A stretch of 64,000 nt of DNA, taken from positions 125,860,001 to 125,924,000 of the forward strand of contig NC_042998.1 of NCBI RefSeq assembly GCF_006345805.1, read 5' to 3'. The stretch's first letter is position 1. Every line of letters begins with the position of its first letter. The notes beneath the pieces are model-generated. The model made no database searches. It was not told the origin of the DNA and was given only the letters and a program-made list of their open reading frames with translations. Shown piece after piece: positions 24,777 through 37,145 of the stretch. Position numbers and translations under genes: made by a program. Source of the stretch: Octopus sinensis. Its lineage: Eukaryota.

Positions 24777-24784
24777 TATATGTA

Positions 24785-24822
<38 letters not shown>

Positions 24823-25696
24823 CATACATACACACAGAGGCACATGTAGATACATACATACACACACATATACATGTACATATATATATGTATATATAGT
24901 AACACAAAGTGAGGAATTTCGATTATCCCCTCGTGGTGAGTTGTAATGCAAACAATATATATGAAGTAAAAGAAGGAAAATGCACACACGTTCTCTTCTT
25001 CATACAAGTTGTCTTCTGTCGTATTTGATACTTGTTAATGAATGAATTCGTCTTTCAATTTTTCTCAAGATGTTTTTCGAAAGAAAAACCTACATACAGC
25101 TATTAGCCCGTAAAATATCCATCTCTAAAAGTATTGTTACTAAAATAAAATATTTAAGTTCCTGAATTATGTCTTTCATTTGAATGAAGGTTGAAGAATA
25201 AAATTCCATAACCAACGGCGGGAACAAGAATAAGTGTTCGTAACTAATAGATTATAGTTAATTGTTACGTTCCGCTCCAATCTGCATATGTCTTAATGTG
25301 TTCATACGTAAAAGAAATACCATAAAATTGATATAGAAATGTTGTTATGATAATCAGTCAATTTAACGAGCTCAACATGGCCAGATCAAAATTATAAAGT
25401 GCACAATGATAGGAGTAATATACTGTACTCCATCAAAGAACCATTATACCAAAACATTTAACTCCTTACAACAATGAAATATGTTGGCACCAACGAGATG
25501 CTCTGGACTTTATTATCCTTAAAATATGTACGCCAGCTGGTGCACGTACGCTAAGATACCTACGCATGCGCTCACGCTCGCGATTATACAAATATATACT
25601 ACGCGTACATATATTCACATAATCATGTGTGTGTGTGTGTGTGTGTGTGTCTGTGTTTAGTTATATATACATATACATATATATGTATTTGTGTGC

Positions 25697-25755
<59 letters not shown>

Positions 25756-25756
25756 G

Positions 25757-25789
<33 letters not shown>

Positions 25790-26050
25790 TACACACACAT
25801 ACACATGTACACATATATATAGTAACACAAAGGGAGGGATTTCGATTATCCTCGCGTGGTGAGTTCCAATGCAAAAAATATTTATAAAATATAAAAAAGG
25901 AAAATGCACACGCTTTTCGTAATTTTAATATATTTTTCAATATATTTTATATTGTATTTGTCGACCAGTTTCACTTTCGTTAATCATGACATTGTAATTT
26001 CGTATTTTCTTAAGACGATTTTAATCCATGTTATGTGTGGAGAAGTTTAT
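24045..26050 (-). mobile_element. Repeat family X, tandem minus-strand copies (V-W-ms-U-W-ms-U)
   Basis: Two U copies ~0.94 kb apart, each preceded on the minus strand by segment W (24895-24988, 25815-25912) and a TA/TG tract; V at 25915-26050. Confidence 0.85.
25959..25991 (-). ncRNA. Minimal hammerhead-like motif, A3-U8 variant with compensatory stem II
   Basis: TGTC-ATGATTA-AC(GAAA)GT-GAAA-CTGG-TC-GACA. Confidence 0.6.
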
Positions 26051-26214
26051 GAATGAATGATTCAAGAAAGAGAAAAATCTAAGGAGAGGTTATTGGTGAT
26101 CGTTATTAATGGCAACAGGGGAGGTAATTCTTCATCTTTCGAGTAGGGAATAGATATACGCAAAAAATCAAAAGCTAACGAGAAGAAATATGAACAGTGA
26201 TGGCTATGTGATCA

Positions 26215-26403
26215 TGAATAAACTTCTCCACACGCAACATGGACTAAAATCTTCTTAAGAAAATACGAGATTACAATAGTTTCAACGTCATGTTTAGCGA
26301 AAGCGAAACCGGTCGAGAAACACAATATAAAGTATATTTAAAAATATATTAGACAATGTGAAGTGTGTACATTTTCAATCTTTGTTATATATGTGTGTGT
26401 GTG

Positions 26404-26441
<38 letters not shown>

Positions 26442-26940
26442 TGAGCTCGAGCGCATGTGTGTGTATCTTAGCATACACGTACCAGTTGGCCTACATATAT
26501 TCAGGATAATAAAGTCCAGAGCATCTTGCTGGTGCCAACAGATTTCATTGTTGTAAGGAGCTAAATGCTTTGGTATAAAGGTTCTTTTATGGAGTAGAAT
26601 ATATTATTCATATTACTGTGCAATTTATAATTTTGATCTGGCCATTTTGAGCTCGTTAAATTGACTGATTGTCGTAACAACGTTTCTATATCAATTTTAT
26701 GGCATTTCTTTTACGTATGAACACATTAAGACATATGCAGATTGGAGCGGAACGTAACAATTAACTATAATCTATTAGTTACGGACACTTATTCTTGTTC
26801 CCACCGTTGGTTATGAATTTTATTTTCAACTTTCATTCAAATGAAATTCATAATTCAGGAAATTAAATTTCTTATTTTTGTAACAATACTCTTAGAGATG
26901 GATATTTTACGGGCTGTATGTAGGTTTTTCTTTTCAAAGA
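26215..26940 (+). mobile_element. Repeat family X, plus-strand copy (V + TG tract + truncated U)
   Basis: Inverted relative to 24985-26050 across a ~165-bp spacer. Confidence 0.85.
26288..26316 (+). ncRNA. Minimal hammerhead-like motif, A3-U8 variant with A6U
   Basis: TC-ATGTTTA-GC(GAAA)GC-GAAA-CCGG-TC-GA. Confidence 0.45.
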
Positions 26941-26959
26941 GCAGTGAAAAAGAATATTC

Positions 26960-27500
26960 GCAACTGCAAAGTGTTGTATTTATTTGCCAAAAAGCATAAA
27001 CCCACTGATTGATGAAAACAACATTCTCTACAACAATGTCTCAGAAATTGGAATGATTCTACAGAAGCAATACAGCTCTGTTTTTAATGATTCTGATATG
27101 GTTGATTTAGGTTCTATTAATGAAGCAAATTCTCAACATATCCCTCTTGACATAACTTCCAAAACTCCGGACATCAGAACGGCAATAAATAAAATTAAAC
27201 TCAATTCAGCAATATGTTCCCAGCTAGTCTCCTGAAGGAGTCTAGGCATCAATTCGCATCTACTCTAATGCATCTCTCGATAAAATCTCTGGACATAGAA
27301 CATATCTGGACATTTTCTTCCTAGCTTGTCCCGGTTTTCAAAACGGGAAACATGCTGCTTTCATTGCAATACCTCCGAATTCCCTAAACTGTCATATCAT
27401 TAAAGAGTTAAAGTGGAGTGGTGATATCACAATTTTTTTTAAAAACTACTCTCTCAGCGAGAAAAAATAACTGCCTTCTCAGTTTTCAACAAGTATGATT
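26960..27500 (+). mobile_element. CR1-type LINE remnant (pre-RT region)
   Basis: PLIDENNILY…ILQKQYSSVF…DIRTAINKIKLNSA…FPASLLKES…LVPVFKTG. Confidence 0.7.
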
Positions 27501-27506
27501 TTCGTA

Positions 27507-27556
27507 GTTGCACCGCCTGGGATAGTCTTTTAAGAGACTATCCCAGGCGGTGCAAC
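27507..27556. repeat. Perfect 22-bp-stem hairpin with a 6-nt loop
   Basis: gttgcaccgcctgggatagtct-tttaag-agactatcccaggcggtgcaac. Confidence 0.95.
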
Positions 27557-27660
27557 ATGCTCTAAGCTAATAATAGCCGAAATCTACTAAATTATCTAAG
27601 TTCATATATATATATATATGAATGTATGTATGAATGTATATATATATATTTATATTATAC

Positions 27661-27699
<39 letters not shown>

Positions 27700-27740
27700 G
27701 AATGTATGTATGAATGTATATATATATATTTATATTATAC

Positions 27741-27778
<38 letters not shown>

Positions 27779-28039
27779 TATATATGCACATACACACACT
27801 TCCCCACACCCACACGTACATACATACACACTCACACACATACACACACACACACACACGGACATACATCTATGCACACACATACATACACACATACTCA
27901 CATACATTCATCGGACACACTGCCACCCGGACATACACACAGACACACTCACACATCCACACACATACATACTTACGCACATACTCGCAGGCGCGCGCAC
28001 GCACGCGCTTGCGCCGGTTCGCGCACGCATACGCGCCGC

Positions 28040-28839
28040 AGGCACCTCGCTCTCGGACCCGACAAGACCTCCCGCCCGTTCCTGGGACCGTCGCGTGTCG
28101 TTGGGTTTTCCCACGCCCGTCTCCGCGGGACCACTCTTCCATCTTCCCCTCAGCTGGAGTCCTTTTTCCTTAACCCCCCCCTTTTTTTCGTTACACACAC
28201 GCGCACACATATACACACGTTGCTTAAATATATACATTACTCTTACACACATTCAATCTACTCGCCATTAATACCACCACGACACTGGACACACACACAC
28301 ACTACTACTCAACACACGCTGGCACGCTACATACGCCCCCACCCCTTCCCCTCCCTCCCTTCCTCCTTCCTTCTTTTTCTTACTACTGACCTTGTCTGCT
28401 AAGCTGACCACTATCTCGCCCTACCTCACACGCCTACACACAGACGCACACACTGACACACACATATATATTTTTGTGTTTTTTCATCTCGCCTCACACA
28501 CACACATACACACACGCACACGCACACACTCACACATACACACACATCTGTTGCGTTACCAACCTTATCTCCACTCTTTTGCCTTTAAAAACCCACTTTG
28601 CTCTGTTTTCGTAAACATCCGCCTTTCACCATGTGCAACTCGTAAACACCAGCCGTCTTTTTTCTCTTTCCCTGTTGCCCGCTCTGGGATCTTTCTTTCC
28701 TCTCTCTTCCTTCTTTATGTTTCCGACGAAGAGCTCCGCTCGAAACGTCATACCTCCCTGCTTCCATTTCCTGAGCGCCTATTAATAATAATACTGTAAT
28801 TGTTCCATTGTTGTTGTTTTTTTGTTTCCCGTTTGGATT

Positions 28840-28860
<21 letters not shown>
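28040..28860 (+). mobile_element. Penelope-like element 3' remnant (possible GIY-YIG C-terminus plus pLTR)
   Basis: GC-rich 28040-28190 loosely resembles a PLE endonuclease C-terminus (…SRVVGFSHARLR…QLESFFLNPPLFF). A hammerhead motif lies downstream and the segment ends in (TA)n. Confidence 0.5.
28719..28753 (+). ncRNA. Minimal type-I hammerhead motif (C3-G8, U4C, GUC site)
   Basis: GTTT-CCGACGA-A-GAGC(TCC)GCTC-GAAA-CG-TC-ATAC. Confidence 0.65.
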
Positions 28861-28875
<15 letters not shown>

Positions 28876-29300
28876 CACCCTCTCTGTAATGCTAATAAGC
28901 AGGAATTGAGACCCACCTCGTTGTGATTAACAATGGATAAATTTGTCTTCTGTGAGTATGTAATCCCTCATCATATCTCTGGAAATTCATATGTGCTCTA
29001 TGGATTAGGTCACCTTCTCTGTGACGCTATTAGAACTTTTTTAAAATTCTGTGATAAGACTGTACATCATCTTTAAAGAACTTTAATGAACTTTGGAAAT
29101 CTGTTTATGTTACTTAATTATCTACATTACTTCATGAGTATAGCCTCAACCACTAGGATGTCTAGAGAACTCACATGTATTTTAGCTGATGAGTACGGGA
29201 CACGTTTATATGCTGTAATTTTTACAACTTTTAATAAAGCCTGTCCTTGTATGAAACGATTGTACTAAAAACCTATCCATTCTTGTTGCTTCTTTCTCGC

Positions 29301-29337
<37 letters not shown>

Positions 29338-29344
29338 CATATAA

Positions 29345-29515
29345 ATATATAAAGAATTCACACAAAAAAACAAAAGACGAAGACAGGTGGTGTAGACAAC
29401 AAACAGATGTATTAGTTTAACGCTCGGGAAGTGAAAAAGTCTTTAACGTTTCGAGCCTACGCTCTTCTACAGAAAGGAACACAGAAAGAAACAAAGAGAG
29501 AAAATAAATGCATAT
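29345..29515 (-). mobile_element. Penelope-like pLTR fragment, second subfamily
   Basis: Homologous to 44450-44680, hosted in (TA)n, carries a hammerhead motif. Confidence 0.55.
29441..29476 (-). ncRNA. Minimal hammerhead motif (C3-G8, A6U)
   Basis: CTTT-CTGTAGA-A-GAGC(GTAG)GCTC-GAAA-CG-TT-AAAG. Confidence 0.6.
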
Positions 29516-29549
29516 ATACATACGTATATGTACAAACTTACATCTATAC

Positions 29550-29608
<59 letters not shown>

Positions 29609-29712
29609 TATATACATACGTATATGTACATACTTACATCTATACATATATATATATAAGAATATGTAGGTATGTATGTATACACATGCACACACACAAA
29701 TACGCGTGCACG

Positions 29713-29783
<71 letters not shown>

Positions 29784-30631
29784 TATATAATAGTTTGTGT
29801 TGAAAGAACGCAACTCTAGTGGACTACCGAAATGCCTCTTACATTAATAAAACCATCTTACAAATGCATATATGTACTTGAGTTATTTAAGTTTGCAGAC
29901 GATTAAGCCGAGCATTTTAGTGCTGTTTCTATCTTCACAAGATATGTTTAACAGTCAGGAAAACCCCACCAAACAATCATAACAATAACTCATTATTTTA
30001 TACATCAGGAATATTAATATTATTTTTTTAGCTCACAAAAAAAATCTCATCTAAGATAAACATTTGGTGCTCATACATTGCAATAATTATGGCTTTATAC
30101 TTCGCATATGAATTGAAATTTTCTTTGGCGTGTCTTCCACGATTTTTCTTTGCTCTTGACATTAGAGTCAAATATCTTTTATTTTAATACAGGGTTTTAT
30201 TTACTGCTATTTACAGCAATTGCTTTAAATAGCTTTCATTCTTTGACGACAATTATTACGGTACGCGTATGCGACTATTGTCACAATGTGCATTCTAGCT
30301 TATCCCAATTTCTATTTGATCGTGATCTGATCTAAACTAAGAAGTACACTAGAAACAGCTTAGGTCAGAAAAACATGCTAAAACTTAATGACCAAGCTAA
30401 ACAAAACAAGATGTAGTTCGTGAGTTTTGGAAGCTACTTTCGATAACAACCTCCTTATGATAAGCAAAAACAGAAGTTTTTAACAAGCAAAACGTCCATG
30501 GTTCAACAAAAATTAGAGCCAACACATATATATTAATGTATTTATATAAATACATACGTACATACAGACGGACTAGACAGACAGATAGATAGACAATGTA
30601 TGTATGTATATATGTGTATGTATATATGGTC

Positions 30632-30798
30632 AGGCGCAGGAGTGGCTGTGTGGTAGGTAGCTTGCTTACCAACCACATCGTTCTGGGTTCAGTCCCACTG
30701 CGTGGCACCTTGGGCAAGTGTCTTCTATTATAGCCTTGGGCCGACCAAAGCCTTGTGAGTGGATTTAGCAGACGGAAACTGATAGAAGCCCACCCGTC

Positions 30799-30830
<32 letters not shown>

Positions 30831-31053
30831 TTGTTTGTATATGTTTGTGTATCTGTGTTTGTCCCCCCAATATCACTTGACAACCGATGCAGGTGTGTTT
30901 ACGACCCCGTCAGTTAGCGGTTCGGCAAGAGAGGCCGATAGAATAAGTACTAGGCTTACAAGGAATAAGCCCTGGGGTTGATTTGCTCGACTAAAGGCGG
31001 TGCTCCAGCATGGCTGCAGTCAAATGACTGAAACAAGTGAAAGAGTAAAAGAG
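30632..31053 (+). mobile_element. S2 CORE-like SINE, full length
   Basis: tRNA-like head with gggttcagtcc box B, ccttgggcaagtgtcttc core, internal (TG)n and a (gagtaaaa) tail. Confidence 0.88.
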
Positions 31054-31109
31054 TATATATATATATATATATATATATATGCAGGTATGTATGTATACAT
31101 ATATATATC

Positions 31110-31650
31110 CGAGGGAAACATGTGTAGTGCACCTCCATTACCTAAAATCACGAGTGCTTTCACCAACAGTGTTTCAGAAAGATCCTGGACATCCACTGGA
31201 TGACTGGATGACTCTTACCCCTAACACGGAAGTTTTAGAAAGGGTCAATGCAGTGAGTATTGAGGCCCACGTCCTCCGTCACCGCATGCGCTGGGTTGGT
31301 TATGTTGTGCGTCTTGATGACACCAGAATTCTCAAGCAAATGTTATATGAAAAACTGTCGCAAGACACTCAACCACATCGTAAGCTATTCAAGGCAACTT
31401 AAAAAATCGCTTGGAATCTGAGATTTCAGAATAGGAGTGGGAAAACATATCACGTGATAGGAAAACCTGGAAGCAAAGAGCCTGTGACAGAGTGGGCATA
31501 TTTCAGCAAATGAATGGTCACACATGAGGAGATTAGCACGAGAGGCTAATTCCTTTGATCCTACATTTCGTCACCTAGTCTGTGAAATCTGTGGCCGCTT
31601 ATGTATGTCTCGCGTAGACCTGGTGAGCCATCAGAAATGTCGCGAAGAAA
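31110..31650 (+). mobile_element. RTE-clade LINE 3' remnant
   Basis: TPNTEVLERVNAVSIEAHVLRHRMRWVGYVVRLDDTRILKQMLY and C-terminal CEICGRLCMSRVDLVSHQKC. Confidence 0.85.
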
Positions 31651-33709
31651 TACTTGTTACAAACTACAAAGACTTCCTTGTTGGACCAACCTCACATGCA
31701 TTGTCTGCCAGACAGCGTGTATAAATCGCCTAGATTTATTTAGTTTGATGAGGGTGCACAGAAGAAATCATTAGAATGATTCAGAACAACCAGGAAGTCA
31801 GAAGAATTTGAATGAATATCGATCCTGCAGCAAGTTCTGTAAGTCGCAGGCAGGACTCAATAACCACAAGGCTTTCTCTAAGTTGTTACTTGATCAGCAA
31901 GAAATCTCCTTCAGCTATCTTCTCGCAAAAGGAATGAAGACACTTTGAAAAATGTAGTCTAGATGTGCAACGTCCGAGAAAGGACGAGGTGATCAACGTT
32001 GGAACATCTTTGATTTTAGTTTCCTCCGTCAGAGCTGAGCCGGGTTAAACAACAGCATTAATTGTGCGAACCAACAAGGAAGACTACGTTGTCGCTAGGC
32101 CTGCTAGAAATAGCGGTCAAATATCTTTCAAATCACACCCTGTCGTTTTTGTAAAGACGCGTGAAAGATGTCCTTTCTGTTAGACTCCTCACACTTCGAA
32201 AAACGTTTCTCAAGCACGTATTACTTCTCTTGTACCACGAACATAAAACCGTCAAACCCCTATAACGGTTTCAGTTGTATTAAAACTGTCGTAACTAAAT
32301 AGCTGTGTCGATTCATCGACACCATCGCTTAAACACAGTTACGTCTTCACTGGTAATATAAAAATAAAGATCTTTTCATGACACGAAAATTAAATTTAAG
32401 GTAGTTGCTTAACCCCGAAGACAATCTTCATCGAAAAGACTTATTATCAAAGGATATTCCAGTCGTGAACATCCCGTCGTTTGCTAAGGAGTAGAGAACG
32501 CAAGACTACATTTTCCGACGTATTCTCCTCTTAGACGACAGGTTATAGAGAAATTTGAGGCTCATTTGACTGCTATTTCTAGCAAGTCGAACGATAATAC
32601 AGAGGCCCCACGGTCGTTCACCAAAGTATCTATGCTACCGCTTTGCTATATGTATATATTTCAGATATATGGGTTAATAAAGGAGATTGTGCTAGTTGTA
32701 GTAATAGTAGTGAAAACATCAGACGTAACAACCACGACCACAACAACAATAACAGCAGCAGCAGCTGCTGCAGCTATCCGTATGTTGTTGCTAATTCTCA
32801 TAAATGTCGTTCTGACCAAAATTTCTTGTTATTCTAAAATAAAATATTAACTATTTTAAGTAACAAAACAAATGGCATGGATGTATGTCTGTGAATGTGT
32901 GAATGTGTGAATATGTGTGCGCGCGCATGTATGCATATGTGTGCGAGTGCACGGGTGTATGTATGCATGCAAGTGTGCGTGTGCGTGTGTGCATATATGC
33001 ATGCAAGTGTATGTGCGTGTGTGCAAGTTTGCATGCAAGTGTGTGTGTGTGTGTGTGTGCGCGCGTGCGTTTGTGTTAAATTTGGACACCTAATGCACAC
33101 GTGACTGGCTCAAAAACGTGATTTTACAATGACAGTTTTTTGTTGAGTTTGTTATTGCTGCACTGCTTAATGTTATGTTTAGCAATTATTTTTACTGCTT
33201 TTTTTTCTTTTTTACGTTGTTGATATTTTGCTTTAAGTTTATTTAGTCTAGAAAAAGAAATAATAATAATAATAATAACAACAACAAAAATGTTGGGTTA
33301 ACAGAGCAAAAATAGTTTATGTAGGAGGAGTTTAACAATCAAGTTCTATCTAGAACGTTTAAAGCTAAAACAAACACGATACCAGGGCGTTGCTCGTGTG
33401 CACTCCACTGCTTTGCCCATTCAAGTACAAATGACGCCAATGCTAATAAAGAAATTAGTAAAGGTTAGCAGCATAAAACTTATCGATTAGTCGGTGTGAA
33501 ATGGCCAAGTTAGTCTCACAGACCCAAACTTTATTTTATTTTATTTATTTTAAAGAACCTCCGTACCAAAAGAGCACACAGTAAAATCACAGCCATTTTA
33601 CACCCACACGATTTCAAATAATTTTCAGTTTAAATAGTCATCGCACTCATACAGTCTCACACGACAAATAGAATTCATTATTCATAAGGACTCTACTTAA
33701 AACCCCAAT

Positions 33710-34135
33710 ATTCTTATTTCTTTATTGCCCACAAGGAGCTAAACATAGAGGAGACAAACAAGGACATACAAACGGATTAAGTCGATTACATCGACCCCAG
33801 TGCGTAACTGGTACTTAATTTATCGACCCCGAAAGGATGAAAGGCAAAGTCGACCTCGGCGGAATTTGAACTCGGAACGTAACGACAGACGAAATACCTA
33901 TTTCTTTACTACCCACAAGGGGCTAAATACAGAGAGGACAAACAAGGAAAGACAAACGGATTAAGCCGATTATATCGACCCCAGTGCGTAACTGGTACTT
34001 ATTTAATCGACCCCGAAAGGATGAAAAGTAAAGTCGACCTCGGCGGAATTTGAACTCAGAACGTAGCTGCAGACGAAATACCGCTAAGCATTTCGCCCGG
34101 CGTGCTAACGTTTCTGCCAGTTCGCCGCCTTTAAA
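33710..34135 (-). mobile_element. S1 SINE head-to-tail dimer
   Basis: Two central domains; junction at ~33891-33910. Confidence 0.88.
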
Positions 34136-34157
34136 ACCCCAATATTCTTATCATTGT

Positions 34158-34360
34158 AGAGGCGCATGGCTTAGTGGTTAATGTATTGAACCCATGACCG
34201 TAAGATTGCGGCTTCAGTTCCTGGCCCAACGATGAGTTGCGCTCTTGAGTAAAACACTTCATATCACGTTGCTGCAGCCCACTCAGCTGGCAAAGTAAGT
34301 AGTCCGGCGTCCTGTCCAGGGGTAAATATATGCGCCCACAGAAAACGGGAAACCGGCCCT
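34158..34360 (+). mobile_element. Third tRNA-derived SINE family, degenerate
   Basis: aggcgcatggcttagtggtta head (box-A-like) followed by ctcttgagtaaaacactt and ccactcagctggcaaa. Confidence 0.6.
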
Positions 34361-35254
34361 ATGAGATTTTGGAAGGGGGATGGATCTTTATCCCTTCTTT
34401 TTTTTTTAATTATTATTTTTATCATTAGTAATTGCCAATCAACACTGGCCTGCGTCATTTTTGAGGTCCAGGTTTTTTTCCCCGCTGTTTCTATGTCTTT
34501 GCATGCTCAATTCGGAAATGTAACCCATTTTGCCCCAATCAGTTCAGGTTTCGATGCTATCTCAAGTTTGATTTATAACTTCTAACTTTGGCGTCACTGA
34601 CAGAAATGAGTGAAGTGGGAGTACGCTAAGATTGGGAAAATGGGAGAGAATGAGTTTGAAAGATGGAACTACATACTATGAGCGCCCCTCCTTTTTGTGA
34701 ACTGAAAAGTAGGGAGACGCCGTACCTGTGCATAGCCCCCACCACCCATTTCTGTCATTGTTTACCAATAAGTTTTGTAGAAATTAGTGTAGCTGATTTA
34801 TTGACTAAAATACTTCACTTCTTATTTCATCAACTCTGGAGAGGTTCTGATCAAATCAGCTCTGATCGAATCAGTCTGCGATCAAAGACAGTCCTGGTGA
34901 GACCATCCATTATTTTCAGACATAATATTTCTAAGTCTACACTTTCCAATGTATTGTTCTGTTTTCAAAGAAGATGGGTGTGATTTGATGAAGTTTAGGT
35001 TGCAATTTCTATCGGGTCGAACAACCAAGACTTCCTTGTTGTATTAAGTACGGTAGATGTAAAATACCAAGGAAATGTTTGTATTCAGAACTTCAAGAGC
35101 TGTAAACTAACTACCACAAGGTATTTCAGTCTGCTGATCCATTGCCCGTGCAATACGTTAATAATGATGATGATGATGACGGCGGCGGTGGCGGTAGTGT
35201 GGTAGTGGTGGTTTGGGGGTGGTAGTGATGGTGGTAGTGGTGGTGGTGGTGATG

Positions 35255-35905
35255 AGCTCCTTATCTAAAGTGAACAAAGAGCTACAGGAATTAGGTAGAA
35301 GCAGGAAGCTGTTCACAATGCACAAACTCCAGCCCATTAAAAATTAATATCGATATGTCTCATTTAGCAAGAAAGGAAGGAGGCAAGTGTTTATTAAACA
35401 TAGAAGGCACCATCAATACTGCGAAATAGGGTTTGAAAAGCTATGCTGTGCGTTGTGGAAAAAAGGATATTGTCAGTAGACAAAAATATCTAAAAAGTCA
35501 CTGATACAGTTGGAGAATTTATCAACAGAATGAACGACAGGACAAATGACTGAAGAGAGTAAGAAATATATAACCAGTTCATACACTAAGCCGAGGATGT
35601 TAGAAATAAAGAATGCTGGTTGTGGCTGATAGACAGAAAATCTGAAACGAGAAACCGAATCGCTAATTCTAGCCGCTCGGGGACGAGCCATTAAGAATTT
35701 GATAAAGGCATAGAATGATAAAACTGAATCAGAGTGCAAACGCAGAATATGTAGAAAAGGTAAAGAAAGTATAAGCTATCTACTAAGTGAATACAGTAAA
35801 CTATCACTGAAGAGTATAATCGTAGATATGACTGTGTCGGTAAAATAGAGCATTTGGGATGTTAGCTAAGTTAGTGGATTTAAAGTGACAGAAAAGTGGC
35901 GAAAT
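35255..35905 (+). mobile_element. Degenerate R4/Dong-like internal fragment
   Basis: RKLFTMHK…LARKEGGKCLLNIE…NLKRETESLILAA…CRKGKESISYLLSE. Confidence 0.7.
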
Positions 35906-36108
35906 GAAGCTAGTCGATTACATTGTCTCCAGTGCTCAACTGGTACTTATTTTATCGACTCTGAAAGGATGAAAGACAAAGTCAACCTTAGTGGAATTTG
36001 AACTCAGAACATAAAGACGGACGAAATACTGATAAACATCTTGTCCAGCGTGCTAACGATTCTGCCACCTCACTACCTTCATACTACTACTGCTACTACT
36101 ACTACTAC

Positions 36109-36143
<35 letters not shown>

Positions 36144-36212
36144 GTTTCAATTTTTGCTACAAGAGCAGCTATTTTGGGGAAGGGGATGAGTCGATTCTGC
36201 CAGTTCGCTACC

Positions 36213-36264
<52 letters not shown>

Positions 36265-36470
36265 CAACAATAATAACCCTTTCTATTTGGGGGAGGGCAA
36301 TAGTCGATTACATCGACCTCAGTACGCAACTAGTACTTAATTTATCGACTCCGAAAGGATGAAAGGCAAAGTCGACTTCGGCGGAATTTGAACTCATAAC
36401 GTAGCGACGGTCGAAATACCGCTAAGAATTTCGTCCTGCATGCTAACGATTCTGCCAGCTCGCCGCCTTA
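35905..36470 (-). mobile_element. Two S1 SINEs plus a fragment, interleaved with (AAT)n
   Basis: Reverse-complement central domains at ~35940-36010 and ~36330-36400. Confidence 0.82.
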
Positions 36471-36489
36471 GTAATAGTAATAATGCTAA

Positions 36490-37145
36490 TAATTGTTTCT
36501 AACATAGGCAAAGTTTCTACGGTCTTCTGGTCGGTAGTGTGGGAACAGCAGCGTTTTCTTGTAGATAATTATACTGCTGTTCTCTTTCCATTTGTTTTTG
36601 TTGTTAGTATGAGCAGAAACACTCCAAATAGTTTTTGCTGACACAAATGTAACATCTAGATCTTCTGTCTATACCGCCATTGCTAATACTTTTGATCCAG
36701 CGTGTGTAACACCAGCCCTGTGGTTCTGAAGGTGTCATAGTGACTTGCAATCTATGCTGACTCCACTCCGAGCATCATATACCTTTCTCGTTCCTTGTGC
36801 GCTTATCACCAGCACAAATTGCTTGCAAAGGTGATAACGAAATATGCCCTAATGTCATTTACTATGACCTTGAATGATACTCTTTTATTACATTGTCCCA
36901 TGTACTGTACACAAAGTTCATGAATGGATGTTTTGCATATAATATTTTCTTGCCTCTGTGCCTTGTCCTCGGTCCTGAAGGTCAGGCAATTGGTGCAGTA
37001 GGTTTTGCTCTTCATTATGTATAAAATACTAAACCAGCTATATGTTAGGGCTTTCATTAACGGGTCTTTTGGGTTTACAACAAAAAGTACCTCATTTGCT
37101 TTCAAGAGAAAAAGGTGAATTACTTTTGCTTTGATCACTTTGCAA
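36490..37145 (-). mobile_element. Possible very degenerate piggyBac-like C-terminal remnant
   Basis: Loose Cys-rich stretch (…RRSRCYICVSKNYLECFCSY*) and …LTYSWFSILY; no termini found. Confidence 0.25.
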
